From an uncultured Phycisphaerales bacterium (GTDB lineage Bacteria > Planctomycetota > Phycisphaerae > Tepidisphaerales > Tepidisphaeraceae), in assembly GCA_963844715.1 (NCBI GenBank), contig CAWJPJ010000007.1, forward strand, positions 384,001 through 448,000: 64,000 bases of DNA. Reading direction: 5' to 3'. The stretch's first letter is position 1, and every line of letters starts with the position of its first letter. The notes beneath the pieces were generated by a model. That model did not search any database and was not told the origin of the DNA. It was given only the letters and a program-made list of their open reading frames with translations. The position numbers and the translations under genes were made by a program. Positions 20,632 to 30,370 of this stretch are shown one piece after another.

Positions 20632-20661
20632 TAAATCGTCGATGATCAAAAGAGGCACGCA

Positions 20662-21105
20662 ATGGCCGATACCCGCACCTGGCAGCAAAAAATCGACCTG
20701 ATGGCCCGCCAGTGCCTGGCCCTCAAGGTCCGCATGCTCAACCGCGTCGTCTCCGGAATTTACGACGACGCCTTGCGCCCCTTCGGCCTAAAAGTCAGCC
20801 AGATGAATATCCTCGTCGCCACCGCCAAATTCGGCGTCGCCCATCCCGGCCCCATGTCCAAGCTCCTGGAACTCGATCCCTCCACCCTCAGCCGAAACGT
20901 CGAACGCATGCGGGCCCGAAACTGGATCGAGCCCGTCCCCGCCCCCGACGGCCGCGAACAACCTTTCCGCCTCACTCCGACCGGCGAACGCCTCCTCCAA
21001 AAAATCGCCCCCGTCTGGGAAGCCGCACAACGCCAGGCCGCAAAACTCCTCGGAACCCAAGCCGTCGCCTTCCTCAACCGCCAAACCATCAATGTCGAGG
21101 CGTAA
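20662..21105 (+). CDS. MarR-family regulator
   Basis: CLALKVRMLNRVVSGIYDDALRPFGL..Q; LDPSTLSRN; DGR..LT..G. Confidence 0.92.
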   Translation: MADTRTWQQKIDLMARQCLALKVRMLNRVVSGIYDDALRPFGLKVSQMNILVATAKFGVAHPGPMSKLLELDPSTLSRNVERMRARNWIEPVPAPDGREQPFRLTPTGERLLQKIAPVWEAAQRQAAKLLGTQAVAFLNRQTINVEA

Positions 21106-21133
21106 CCTCTAATGAATTTCTATTTTGACCAGA

Positions 21134-21148
21134 TATTTGTATATACAT
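21134..21148 (+). promoter_or_regulatory. Second copy of the putative MarR operator
   Basis: TATTTGTATATACA identical to 20616-20629; TTGACC at 21125-21130. Confidence 0.72.
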
Positions 21149-21171
21149 TCAACTTGCTAAAGGAGCAAGCC

Positions 21172-21816
21172 ATGTTGAGCCCTGTTTCCATTCAATCCGA
21201 TACCCGCGTCAGGACAACCGTGTGGTTCGTGCTGTCGTCCTGGTTCCTGGCGGCGCTCGCCGGTTCACTGCTCGGAGCCTTCCAGGCCGGAAACCGTCCT
21301 CCCATCCCTCTCGGTTTGATGGCCGTCGTCCCGGTCGTCGCGTTCCTCATTGCCTACCGTTCTTCCGAGCCCTTTCGCCGATTTGTCCTGGGCACCAATC
21401 CGCGCTGGCTTACATTCGCCCAATCCTGGCGCGTAATGGGCGTCGTTTTCCTGATCCTCTATTTCCGCGGATTGCTGCCGGGGTTGTTCGCCCTGCCCGC
21501 CGGTTTGGGAGACATGACCATCGGCCTCACCGCCCCTCTCGTCGCCCGGGCCGTGTCATCGCCTAGCGCCTCCCTCCGCACGCGCATCATCGCCTGGAAC
21601 CTGGGCGGAATTCTCGACCTCGTCACCGCTGTGACCCTCGGCGTCCTCAACACCCCCAGTCCCATCGGCATCCTGGCCTCCGGAGTCAACACCCGCCTCA
21701 TGGGTTCATTCCCCCTAAGCCTGATCCCGACGTTCCTAGTTCCCCTTTTCCTGATCTTCCATTTGATCACACTGATCCACCTGCGCCGTCCCGACACGGT
21801 CCCCGAGGGTAATTGA
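21172..21816 (+). CDS. Multi-pass membrane protein
   Basis: AAGGAG RBS before ATG 21172; about 6 TM segments; QSWR..G..F, AGLGD, WN..G..D, FPL.LIP motifs. Confidence 0.8.
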   Translation: MLSPVSIQSDTRVRTTVWFVLSSWFLAALAGSLLGAFQAGNRPPIPLGLMAVVPVVAFLIAYRSSEPFRRFVLGTNPRWLTFAQSWRVMGVVFLILYFRGLLPGLFALPAGLGDMTIGLTAPLVARAVSSPSASLRTRIIAWNLGGILDLVTAVTLGVLNTPSPIGILASGVNTRLMGSFPLSLIPTFLVPLFLIFHLITLIHLRRPDTVPEGN

Positions 21817-21946
21817 CTTTCGCCGTTTAACGCGGCCGCAAGGGAAAGTTAAGCGCACAAAAAACGGGGTCATTACTGACCTCCTCCCGCGGTAATGACC
21901 CCATTCTTCTAAACTGCACGATCCCGTTCGTCTCTCCACCCAACCC

Positions 21947-22666
21947 CTATTTAATTTCCTCCGCCTGATATCGCAGATACCTCTTTTTCATCCACCTCAC
22001 CCCCAGCAAATCCACAAACGCCCGCCATGCCCGATTCCGAAGCCCATACTTCGCCGTCCCCGCGAACCTCGCCGAATGCTTCACCGGCGTCTCCAAAACT
22101 TTGTACCCTCGCATCTTCACCAGCGTAGGCATGAACCGATGCGCCCCGTTGAACAAATAAATCCCCTCCAGGCAATGCCGCTTGTAAATCTTCAAGCTGC
22201 TCGCCGAATCCTCGATCGTCTCCTCGCTGATCCAGTTTCGAATCCCGTTGGCGATTCGCGTCTGCAATCGCCGAAAGGCTGAATCGCTCCGCTTCTGCCT
22301 CCATCCCGTGATCATGTCCACCCCCTCCAGCATCGGCAGCAGCCGCGCAATCTCCTCCGGATCGTTCTGCAAATCCGCGTCGATCGTCGCGATCAATCCC
22401 CCGCGCGCCGCCTTGAACCCCGCGTCGAACGCCGCGCTCTGTCCCCCGTTCCTGCTCATCCGCAAAATCCGCAGCCACGGCCGAGTCCCCTGCGCCTCTT
22501 TCAATAACGCCGCCGTCTGATCCGCGCTCCCGTCGTCCACAATCACGACTTCAAATCGCTTCTGCGTCAGCTTCAACGCATCTTCCACCCGCCGCAGCAA
22601 CTCGGGAATGACCTCCTGCTCGTTATACGCGGGAATCACCAGCGACAGTTCCACTTCGTCCGTCAT
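21947..22666 (-). CDS. GT2 polyprenol-phosphate glycosyltransferase (ArnC/DPM1-like)
   Basis: SLVIPAYNE; VDDGS.D; N.GQSAA; IDADLQNDP; HRFMP. Confidence 0.92.
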   Translation of the reverse strand: MTDEVELSLVIPAYNEQEVIPELLRRVEDALKLTQKRFEVVIVDDGSADQTAALLKEAQGTRPWLRILRMSRNGGQSAAFDAGFKAARGGLIATIDADLQNDPEEIARLLPMLEGVDMITGWRQKRSDSAFRRLQTRIANGIRNWISEETIEDSASSLKIYKRHCLEGIYLFNGAHRFMPTLVKMRGYKVLETPVKHSARFAGTAKYGLRNRAWRAFVDLLGVRWMKKRYLRYQAEEIK

Positions 22667-23328
22667 GAATTGCTGTCCTCGCGTCTGTCCGCCCCTTCAC
22701 TTGACGGCTGCACCGGAAACCCCTGCGCCTTTGTCGATGATGGAAACAGGCGATTCACCAAAAACCGCGCCGCATGCGCCACCAGAATACCCAAGCACGC
22801 CCCGGCCACCGTATCGCTGGGATAGTGCGCTCCCTCAGCGATCCGTTCAAGGCAGATCCAAATCCCCATGCACCACCACAACAACTTCCCCCCCGGCGCC
22901 GCCCACGTTAGCGACGCCGTCATCGCAAACGCCAGCGTCGCGTCCCCCGACGGGAAGCTCAACCCCGCCTCCGCATGCATCAGACCATCAAGGTGCCCGG
23001 AAAACGGATGAAGCGAAAATGGCCCGAATCCATGGAATGGCCGATATCGCCCAACACACCATTTCACGAATTGATTCACCCCCGAAAAAATCCCGCTCAA
23101 AAGCACGATCGCCGCGCTCGCCTTGCGGCCCAGAGAGAGCAGAATCAAGCACGCCGGAATTGTGCACAGCCAAAAAATGCCGTAGAAGCGAAGCCCGTAA
23201 TGGATCAGATAGTAAGGCACTCCCGCGGCCCCTTTGATCGCCGCGCTCAGCCCCGAATCGTGTACCCATGTGGATACAGGAACGTCCAACCCCAGCGAGA
23301 TTGCAAAAATCAGGAGCCCCACACCCAC
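22663..23328 (-). CDS. PAP2-family phosphatase; true start may be GTG near 23397 with a frameshift
   Basis: K..VGRYRP; SFPSGD; ERI..GAHYPSD. Confidence 0.88.
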   Translation of the reverse strand: MGVGLLIFAISLGLDVPVSTWVHDSGLSAAIKGAAGVPYYLIHYGLRFYGIFWLCTIPACLILLSLGRKASAAIVLLSGIFSGVNQFVKWCVGRYRPFHGFGPFSLHPFSGHLDGLMHAEAGLSFPSGDATLAFAMTASLTWAAPGGKLLWWCMGIWICLERIAEGAHYPSDTVAGACLGILVAHAARFLVNRLFPSSTKAQGFPVQPSSEGADRREDSNS

Positions 23329-23690
23329 GCCGAAAAGTCGATTCCTCGACCCGCGCCGGGCACCACAGCCGAAGGTATTTGCCGGACTTGCGCCACGAAA
23401 GTTATCGGATCATCGAAGCCAACCCAAGGCACGTCAAGCCAGGAAGGATACGCAGCGGAAAACGCCCCCCCACGAAAAAATAACGCCCACGGCGCTGCCA
23501 TGGACCTCCCCGCGACCACCCCATTTTTGCCCATTTCATGCGCGCCCAAAACCCATGATGAAAACAAAATCAGCGGCCCCCTCAAACCCCGCCCGAGCCG
23601 CGCAAAATAAAACCGCCCATTTCACCCCCACAAACGCGATTTTCGCAAAACCGTTCACGATTCTCACCCATGGCATCCCCTTTGTTTATA

Positions 23691-23830
23691 GGAATCCCGT
23701 AGCCGTCGTGGTGACGGTTATGAGTGGCCAAGCGAGTCACTCACATTCATGGAGCGCGGTTGGTTCCCACGGGCAGTGTCGTCCGGCCGGCGGTCGGCCG
23801 GACGACACGCTGGCCCGGGGTTTTTTTATT
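23691..23830 (+). ncRNA. Candidate orphan small RNA
   Basis: Two hairpins plus a strong terminator, with no credible plus-strand ORF to terminate. Confidence 0.5.
23768..23830 (+). terminator. Rho-independent terminator
   Basis: 14-bp perfect stem GTGTCGTCCGGCCG/CGGCCGGACGACAC, extended outward, followed by TTTTTTTATT. Confidence 0.8.
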
Positions 23831-23971
23831 GATATAGGTTTGCCACCCATCACCGCGCCCGCCTCGCCAGTCCATTCTCCTCATCATCTTTCCTTCATTC
23901 CCCCGCGCGCTCGCGCCTCTGGACGACCTTCCGGCTTAAAGCGCATCAGTATCTTTTTGGTTCCTCCCCAA

Positions 23972-24085
23972 CGTTGAGGGGAAAAGGAGTGGGGATGGGA
24001 GGGTGCGGGAGGGATTCCGGCAGTTTCCGCAGGATGGGCCTTTTATGGTTCGCCCCTTCCCTCCCGCTTTGCATTCGCCTTTGAA
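23972..24085 (-). repeat. ~115 bp dispersed element containing motif copy C (24015-24037)
   Basis: Reverse complement aligns with 43745-43856 along its whole length. Confidence 0.85.
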
Positions 24086-24196
24086 TTTCATTTTGCCAAC
24101 AGGGAACTGCTGCCAAGAAAGCGCTGGGCGCTCAGATGTGTCCCCGGAGCAAGGACTGAGTTGGGCTGTTGGACTATTGATGAAGCGCGTCTTGGA

Positions 24197-25334
24197 TTAT
24201 CCTTTGACTACGACCAAGCTCTTCCCCTCCACGAGCAGATCAAACAAAACCGAAATATCTGCCGCGCGTAGTCGAATGCATCCCATGCTCGATTGTTTCC
24301 CAATGCTGTCCGGATCGATCGTCCCGTGGATTCCATACGAAAGTTTCCCCACCGCCTGTCCTTCCGTCCCCGTAATTCCGATCCAATACCCGCCCAGTGG
24401 ATTCTTCGGATCATCCGCCGCGATCACACCCTCCCCGCGCGGGCTGTAATAGGTCGGATGCTTCAGCTTCCTATGCGGCTCCACCATCCACGTCCCCGTC
24501 GGAGTGCTATCATCCTGCCCCAATCCCACCGGGAACGTCATCACGTACATCGAACTCTTTTCCCCAGGCAGCGCCCCAAGATAAACGTCCAGCGTGAATT
24601 TGCTCTTGTCCACCACCGCGAAGAACGGCCCCTGCGCAACTTTAATCGTCGCCCCCGCGCAGATGCCGCGGATCGATCCCATTGATCCTCCCGAGCAGTT
24701 CCCACGTCGTATCGCAATCCGCCGCGATCTTCGCCAGGCTGTCCCCCGGCTTGACCACATACACTCCGCCGTACGGATCATCCGGAAATCGCTGCTTGCT
24801 GAACACCAGTGTCTGGTTGATCTGCGTCAATTGCTGTTTCACACTTGCCGCGTCCGCCTCGCTGAGCTGTCCCCCTTGCAGCGCATCGTTAAGCTGCTCG
24901 CGGGCCGTCAAAAGATCCCCCGCATCCAGCTTCGCCCTGGCCTGTAAGATTAAATCCCCACTCGGAACCGTCGTCGGTCCCAGCGTCATTTCCGCCGCCG
25001 CAATCGCCGGCGTTGTGTCGACCGCCGTATCCTTCGCCGGCTGCGTTGCCGCCGGCGCATCCGCCCCCGCCGCGTTCACCATCGGCGTGTCCACGCTCTG
25101 CCCCGCCACGGCCACGGGAAGCATCGCCTCATCCGCCGCGGGCCCCTGCGCCTGCGCCGTCGAATCAGGCTCCGTCGCCGCCGGCGTCACCAAAGGCGCC
25201 GCCGTCTGCGCGGCAATCGGCTGCGGCGCGGCCGCATGGCGAACCTTGTACCCAAAGGACAAAATCCCCAGTGAAACCGATACAACCAATATAAGAATTA
25301 AAACCCGGCTGGTGCGGCGATCCGTGCGACTCAC
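24197..25334 (-). CDS. LysM + YkuD L,D-transpeptidase, membrane anchored (frameshift near 24650)
   Basis: YVVKPGDSL.KIA..INGI; FPVGLG..TPTG; YGIHGT..IG..SSMGCIRL; GGAGG before GTG 25334. Confidence 0.92.
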
Positions 25335-25378
25335 GAGAACCTCCATGTTCTCAAAGTGCTTTGCTTTCGGAGCGGAAT

Positions 25379-25978
25379 TCAGTGCTGCGTCATGCAGTTC
25401 GTCGCGAAGCGGCGAATTCCGCGATCCGTGCACAGCATACTCAGAGCCATGTCATGGTCAAGCACCGGCAGCGACGGAATCATCTGTTCTTCAAACCCGT
25501 ATCCGCAAGAAACCCCCAGAAAATCCGCCTGCGCCAAAAACCGGTCGTAGAACCCCATCCCGCGCCCGATGCGATGCCCCGTCGGCGTGAACCCCAATCC
25601 CGGCACGATCACCAGATCGATCAGATTCAGCGGAATCGGCTGCCCGCTCACCGGCTCCCGAACCCCCGGCCCGCTCGTCGTCATGCTCGTCTGCAAACTC
25701 GTGATCTCCACCGGCAGCATCCGCTTCTGGTCCCACGATACCTTCGGAACCACCACCGTCTTCCCGCTCTGCCAACACCGCAGCGCCAGCGGCGTCGTAT
25801 CGATCTCAAACGGACTGTTCAGATACAGCATCACTACCCGCGCCGCCGCGAACTCCGGCGACGACGCCATCAGCGAACACGCGCTTAGGCTCTTCGCCTG
25901 TCGGTCCGCATCGCTCATCGCCTCCAATACCTGGCGAAATTGGCGGCGAATTTGTGATTTATCGTTTGCCTGCTCCAT
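25379..25978 (-). CDS. 5-formyltetrahydrofolate cyclo-ligase
   Basis: K..IR; EIDT; REP; IDLVIVPGLGF..RIGRGMGFYDR. Confidence 0.94.
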   Translation of the reverse strand: MEQANDKSQIRRQFRQVLEAMSDADRQAKSLSACSLMASSPEFAAARVVMLYLNSPFEIDTTPLALRCWQSGKTVVVPKVSWDQKRMLPVEITSLQTSMTTSGPGVREPVSGQPIPLNLIDLVIVPGLGFTPTGHRIGRGMGFYDRFLAQADFLGVSCGYGFEEQMIPSLPVLDHDMALSMLCTDRGIRRFATNCMTQH

Positions 25979-26020
25979 CGACTTTATGTAACTCCGCATA
26001 CAACATATCGGCTCAAGCCC

Positions 26021-27412
26021 TTACGGCTCTTGGGCCGCAGGCGGCTTCCGCCCGCGGACTTCTCCAGTCTCGCCCGATGTCCCCTGACTCGACTGCCTTT
26101 TCTGCTCCTCCAGCCGACGCTTGACCTCGCCCTCATACCCCCGATCCGTAGGATCATAGTATATTTTATCGACCCCAAGGTAGTCCTGCGGCACAAATCC
26201 GCCGGAAAATTCATGCGGGTACTGATACCCCTCCCCATGCCCAAGTCGTTTTGCCCCTTGATAATGCGAATCCCGCAGCACTTTCGGCACCGGCACCGTC
26301 CTCCCCTCCGCCACGTCCTTCGAAGCTGCCCAGATTGCCTTCGCCGACGCGTTCGATTTCGGCGCCGTCGCCATATAAATCACCGCCTGCGATAGCGTCA
26401 GTTGCGCCTCCGGCATCCCGATCTTCTCCACAATATCAAACGCCGCCGCCGCCACCTGGATCGCCCGCGGATCGGCGTTACCGATGTCCTCCGACGCCAA
26501 GATCGCCACCCGCCGCGCGATGAACCGCGGGTCCTCCCCCGCCTCCAGCATCCGCGCCAGCCAATACACCGCCGCATCCGGATCCCCGCCCCGCATGCTC
26601 TTGATCAGCGCGCTGGCCGCGTCGTAATGCTCATCCCCCGTCCCGTCATAAACAATCGCCTTGCGCTGAATCGACTGTTCCGCCACATCCAGATCGATCT
26701 TGATCGCCTTCTTTGAATCCTTGCGTTCCTCCATCTGAGAAAGCACCGCCACCTCCAGCGCCGAAAGCGCCCGCCGCGCATCCCCATCCGATTTCGTAGC
26801 CCACAAATCGACCGCCTCATCTGAAATCTCAAATTTCAAATCCCCATACCCCCGCTCCTTATCCCCAATCGCCCGCCGCACCAAAGATCGAATCTCCTCC
26901 TCACTCAGCGCACTAAACTGAAAAATCTGGCTCCGGCTGATCAGCGGCGAATTCACCGAGAAAAACGGATTCTCCGTCGTCGCCCCGACGAGCAGGATGT
27001 ATCCCGCCTCCACGTCTTCCAGCAAAATATCCTGCTGGGCCCGATTGAACCGGTGAATTTCATCCAGAAACAAAACCGTCCGGCCCCCTCCCGCCGCCAG
27101 CCGTTCCTTCGCCCCTTCCAATATCCCCCGCACTTCCTTCACGCCCACCCCCGCCGCGTTCAAAGGCACAAACTCGCTCTTCGTATACCGCGCAATGAGT
27201 TGCGCCAAGGTCGTCTTCCCCGTCCCCGGCGGCCCATAAAAAATCACGCTGGTCAGCCGATCCGCCTCCAGCATCCGCCGCAATAATTTCCCCTCTCCCA
27301 AAAAATGCCCCTGCCCCACAAACTCCTCGAGCGACCGAGGCCGCATCCGCACCGCCAACGGCGCCACCCGAGCCAAATTCCTCTCCCGAGACTCGGCGAA
27401 CAAATCAGGCAT
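26021..27412 (-). CDS. rarA: Replication-associated recombination protein A
   Basis: PLAVRMRP; GPPGTGKTT; DEIHRFN; GATTENP; HYDAASALIKSMRG; ASEDIG; PKSN; YQYPH. Confidence 0.96.
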   Translation of the reverse strand: MPDLFAESRERNLARVAPLAVRMRPRSLEEFVGQGHFLGEGKLLRRMLEADRLTSVIFYGPPGTGKTTLAQLIARYTKSEFVPLNAAGVGVKEVRGILEGAKERLAAGGGRTVLFLDEIHRFNRAQQDILLEDVEAGYILLVGATTENPFFSVNSPLISRSQIFQFSALSEEEIRSLVRRAIGDKERGYGDLKFEISDEAVDLWATKSDGDARRALSALEVAVLSQMEERKDSKKAIKIDLDVAEQSIQRKAIVYDGTGDEHYDAASALIKSMRGGDPDAAVYWLARMLEAGEDPRFIARRVAILASEDIGNADPRAIQVAAAAFDIVEKIGMPEAQLTLSQAVIYMATAPKSNASAKAIWAASKDVAEGRTVPVPKVLRDSHYQGAKRLGHGEGYQYPHEFSGGFVPQDYLGVDKIYYDPTDRGYEGEVKRRLEEQKRQSSQGTSGETGEVRGRKPPAAQEP

Positions 27413-27477
27413 CTATGAAATGATAGGTGAAGAATGCCGAATGATGAATTGAAAACTTCAGCAATAACGCGTGTAGA

Positions 27478-27699
27478 TCAAGCCGCCATCGGCTCAAATC
27501 TCAGCCGAAAGATTTGCGATGCCGAAAGAGTCGCCAGCCCGTACGTTTGGCCGTTGTTGTCGACAAACTCAACCTCAAAATCGGTGGGCGTGTAGACATG
27601 CACGACCGTGCCAACCTGCCCGCGCAGCAGATTCTCCGACGGAATATCCTCCGTCAGCGCCACCACATCGAGTTCCCGGATAGGCTCATCCATCGACAT
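27478..27699 (-). CDS. DUF4926-like small protein
   Basis: ELDVVALTED..L.RGQVGTVV..FEVEF.D..G.TY. Confidence 0.85.
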   Translation of the reverse strand: MSMDEPIRELDVVALTEDIPSENLLRGQVGTVVHVYTPTDFEVEFVDNNGQTYGLATLSASQIFRLRFEPMAA

Positions 27700-27703
27700 T
27701 CGA

Positions 27704-28036
27704 TTATAGCGGATAGCACGTCACCAATCGAGGAAATTGCTCGTCATTCAGGACAATCCAGATGCTTAGAACCCGTTTCACACCACTGGGGCCGCTCATT
27801 CCAAATTCCACCCGATACAGTTGCCCAAATCTATTCCTTTTGGTCGCGGTCGCTTCTTCGTTTCGAGCCGCTTTCAAAAGCGCTTCGCGTAGCTCCGCGA
27901 TCTGATTCGCCCCTATTCCCAGTGACGCGGAAAAAATCCGAGCTTTGTGCCGTCCGCGCGAATGCGACTGCGATAAACAATACTGCTCGAGTTTCTTTAC
28001 GTCGACTATGGCTCGATCACCATTGGGAAGTTTCAT
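27704..28036 (-). CDS. DUF6883-like protein
   Basis: MKLPN..A.VD..KL..YCL..H.RG.HKA..F..LG; W....PRLVTCY. Confidence 0.8.
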   Translation of the reverse strand: MKLPNGDRAIVDVKKLEQYCLSQSHSRGRHKARIFSASLGIGANQIAELREALLKAARNEEATATKRNRFGQLYRVEFGMSGPSGVKRVLSIWIVLNDEQFPRLVTCYPL

Positions 28037-28052
28037 CTGCTCTCGAGGGAAT

Positions 28053-29267
28053 TTACCATCGTTTCGCCTGCTGCGCCACCTTCATAGGCAGCCCAAACAA
28101 ATCGATAAACCCGCGCGCCGCCGTTACGTCGTATCCCTCCATGCTGAAGCTCGCCAGTTGCGGATCGTACAAGCTGAACGGGCTCGTCACGCCCGCCGCC
28201 GTCGCCCGCCCCTTGAACAGCTTCACCTTCACCTGCCCCGTCACCGAAATCTGCGTATGGTCCACGAACGCCTGCATCGCCTCCCGCAGCGGATGGAACC
28301 ACTGCCCGTAATAGACCAGTTCCGCATACCGCAGCGCCACCTGCTGCTTAAAATGAAACGTATCCCGCTCGATGCATATCTGCTCCAGCGCCTTATGCGC
28401 TTCATACAAAATCGTCCCGCCCGGCGTCTCATACGCCCCGCGCGATTTCATCCCCACCAGCCGATTCTCCGCCAGTTGCGTCTGCCCCACCCCATGCTTC
28501 CCTCCCATCTCATTCAGCGCCGCGATCAACTCATGCCCGGCCATTTTCTTCCCATTCACCGCCACCGGGTTCCCCTTCTCAAAATCCACCGTCACATACT
28601 CCGGCTCGTTCGGCGCCTTGCTCACCGGCACGGAAATCATCCACAATTCGTCCTTGGGCTCATTCCCCGGCGACTCCAAATCCGCTCCCTCATGGCTGAT
28701 ATGCCACAAATTCCGGTCCCGGCTGTAAATCTTCTTCTTGCTCTGCTCCACCGGCACCCCCTTCTTGTTCGCATAATCAATCGCGCTCTCCCGATCCCGC
28801 AACCCAAACGCCGGGTCCTTCCACGGCGCAATGATCTTGAGCTCCGGCGCCAAAGACATATACGTCAGCTCGAACCGCACCTGATCGTTCCCCTTCGATG
28901 TCGCCCCATGTCCCACCGCATCCGCCCCCGTCGCCCGCGCCACTTCCACCTGATGCTTCGCAATAATCGGCCGAGCGATGCTCGTCCCCAGCAAATAATC
29001 ATTCTCATAAACCGCATGCGCCCGCAGCATCGGAAAGCAGAATTCCTCCGCGAATTCCTTCCGCAGATCCTTAATGACCACTTCATCCGCCCCGCTCTTG
29101 CGAGCCTTCTCCTCGATCCCCTTGAGTTCCTCCCCCTGCCCCAGCTCCGCCGCGAACGCGACGAGTTTGACGCCCGGATACCGATCCTTCAGCCAGGGCA
29201 AAATCACGCTGGTATCCAGCCCGCCGCTATAGGCAAGCACAATCTTTTTAGGTGTATTCGATGACAT
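28053..29267 (-). CDS. argG: Argininosuccinate synthase
   Basis: VLAYSGGLDTS; YLLGTSIARP; GNDQVRFE; ENRLVGMKSRG.YETPG. Confidence 0.97.
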   Translation of the reverse strand: MSSNTPKKIVLAYSGGLDTSVILPWLKDRYPGVKLVAFAAELGQGEELKGIEEKARKSGADEVVIKDLRKEFAEEFCFPMLRAHAVYENDYLLGTSIARPIIAKHQVEVARATGADAVGHGATSKGNDQVRFELTYMSLAPELKIIAPWKDPAFGLRDRESAIDYANKKGVPVEQSKKKIYSRDRNLWHISHEGADLESPGNEPKDELWMISVPVSKAPNEPEYVTVDFEKGNPVAVNGKKMAGHELIAALNEMGGKHGVGQTQLAENRLVGMKSRGAYETPGGTILYEAHKALEQICIERDTFHFKQQVALRYAELVYYGQWFHPLREAMQAFVDHTQISVTGQVKVKLFKGRATAAGVTSPFSLYDPQLASFSMEGYDVTAARGFIDLFGLPMKVAQQAKRW

Positions 29268-29294
29268 AAGAGGATCAGTATATGCAATGCCCCG

Positions 29295-30155
29295 TCAGAC
29301 GTCATGAAGAGGCGGTTTGTATGTCGCCCAGATGCTCTTCCCCGCCAGATATTCCTCCCTGAGCACCGCCGCAAATCGTTCCAAAAACGCCACCGCCCAT
29401 ATCTCGAAGAGCAACTCGCACACCCATAGGCGCACCTCCCATCGAAACAGCGCAATATTCACAGGCATGATTCTGGTCAGTTGGCGCAACATCTCCAAGC
29501 CAGCATTGGCCAGCAAACAAAACCCCAATCCATACGCGATCCAATTTGCTCGCCGGAACTGGTCAATATCTCGCGTCCGCGCCGCCTGCCGCGCTACGGT
29601 TCGAAAAATCGCCACATACAAAACCGCTGTCAGCAAATCCCCCACAAGCCCGTCCGCGTAAATCGCCCCCTGCGCCAACCGCACCGCCACCGCGATCCGC
29701 ACAGAAAGCCACTGCACTCCGAGCAGCCCCACCAGCGCCCGCAACCCCGTCCGGTCCGATCCGGGCTCCGGCGTCGCCAGCAGCCACGCCCCGCCCAGAA
29801 AAATCAAAAACCCCGCCCAGTTCGCCAGCATCTCCCGGTCCAACGGCAGCCGAGGAATCTGGAACATCCAAAGCAACGGTCCAAACATGATAAAAATCAC
29901 AAGCCCCGCGATGAGCACCCACGCTCCTATCCAAAGTCTTCGCACCCACTGCGGATGCGAATACCTCAGTCGATCGCTCCCCATCGAAAGTGCCACCGCC
30001 GTCCCGCACTCCGGACAAACCCCGCCCGACCCGAGCGTCTTCAAGTTATACCCACATCCCCGGCAAGCCAGATCCCCCTCCACCGTCTCCGCCAAAGGCA
30101 ACTCCGGAAGCGGAACCCCCGCCCCCCAAAATGAAGACCCACCACGCTCATTCAT
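29295..30155 (-). CDS. Zn-ribbon multi-pass membrane protein
   Basis: CRGCGYNL..L....CPECG followed by about 6 TM helices. Confidence 0.8.
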   Translation of the reverse strand: MNERGGSSFWGAGVPLPELPLAETVEGDLACRGCGYNLKTLGSGGVCPECGTAVALSMGSDRLRYSHPQWVRRLWIGAWVLIAGLVIFIMFGPLLWMFQIPRLPLDREMLANWAGFLIFLGGAWLLATPEPGSDRTGLRALVGLLGVQWLSVRIAVAVRLAQGAIYADGLVGDLLTAVLYVAIFRTVARQAARTRDIDQFRRANWIAYGLGFCLLANAGLEMLRQLTRIMPVNIALFRWEVRLWVCELLFEIWAVAFLERFAAVLREEYLAGKSIWATYKPPLHDV

Positions 30156-30189
30156 AATGACACGCCCCCATTATACGGCTACACCCTCC

Positions 30190-30290
30190 CCGTCCTGAGC
30201 GCAGTCGAAGGGCCCCGTCCCTTCACTTCGTCTCTTCGTCTCTTCCCCCCGGTATTCCCTGCCAACTAACAACTCGCAACTGGCAACTAA
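30190..30290. repeat. Cluster of short intergenic repeats
   Basis: GTCCTGAGCGCAGTCGAAGG half-site; CTTCGTCT octamers; CAACTAA-CAACTCG-CAACTGG-CAACTAA heptamers. Confidence 0.7.
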
Positions 30291-30370
30291 ACGCATTCCA
30301 TTTGGAATCTTCACACTCCCGTCGTACCATGCGTCCCATCCACTGAATGGTCGGCTGCTTGCACGGACGC

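Noticed and set aside
23234..24449. Plus-strand ORFs of 247 aa and 148 aa
   Set aside because: No motifs or codon bias; they run through a terminator and a repeat element
25999..26021. 6S RNA upstream of the 5-FCL gene
   Set aside because: No room; rarA ends immediately upstream
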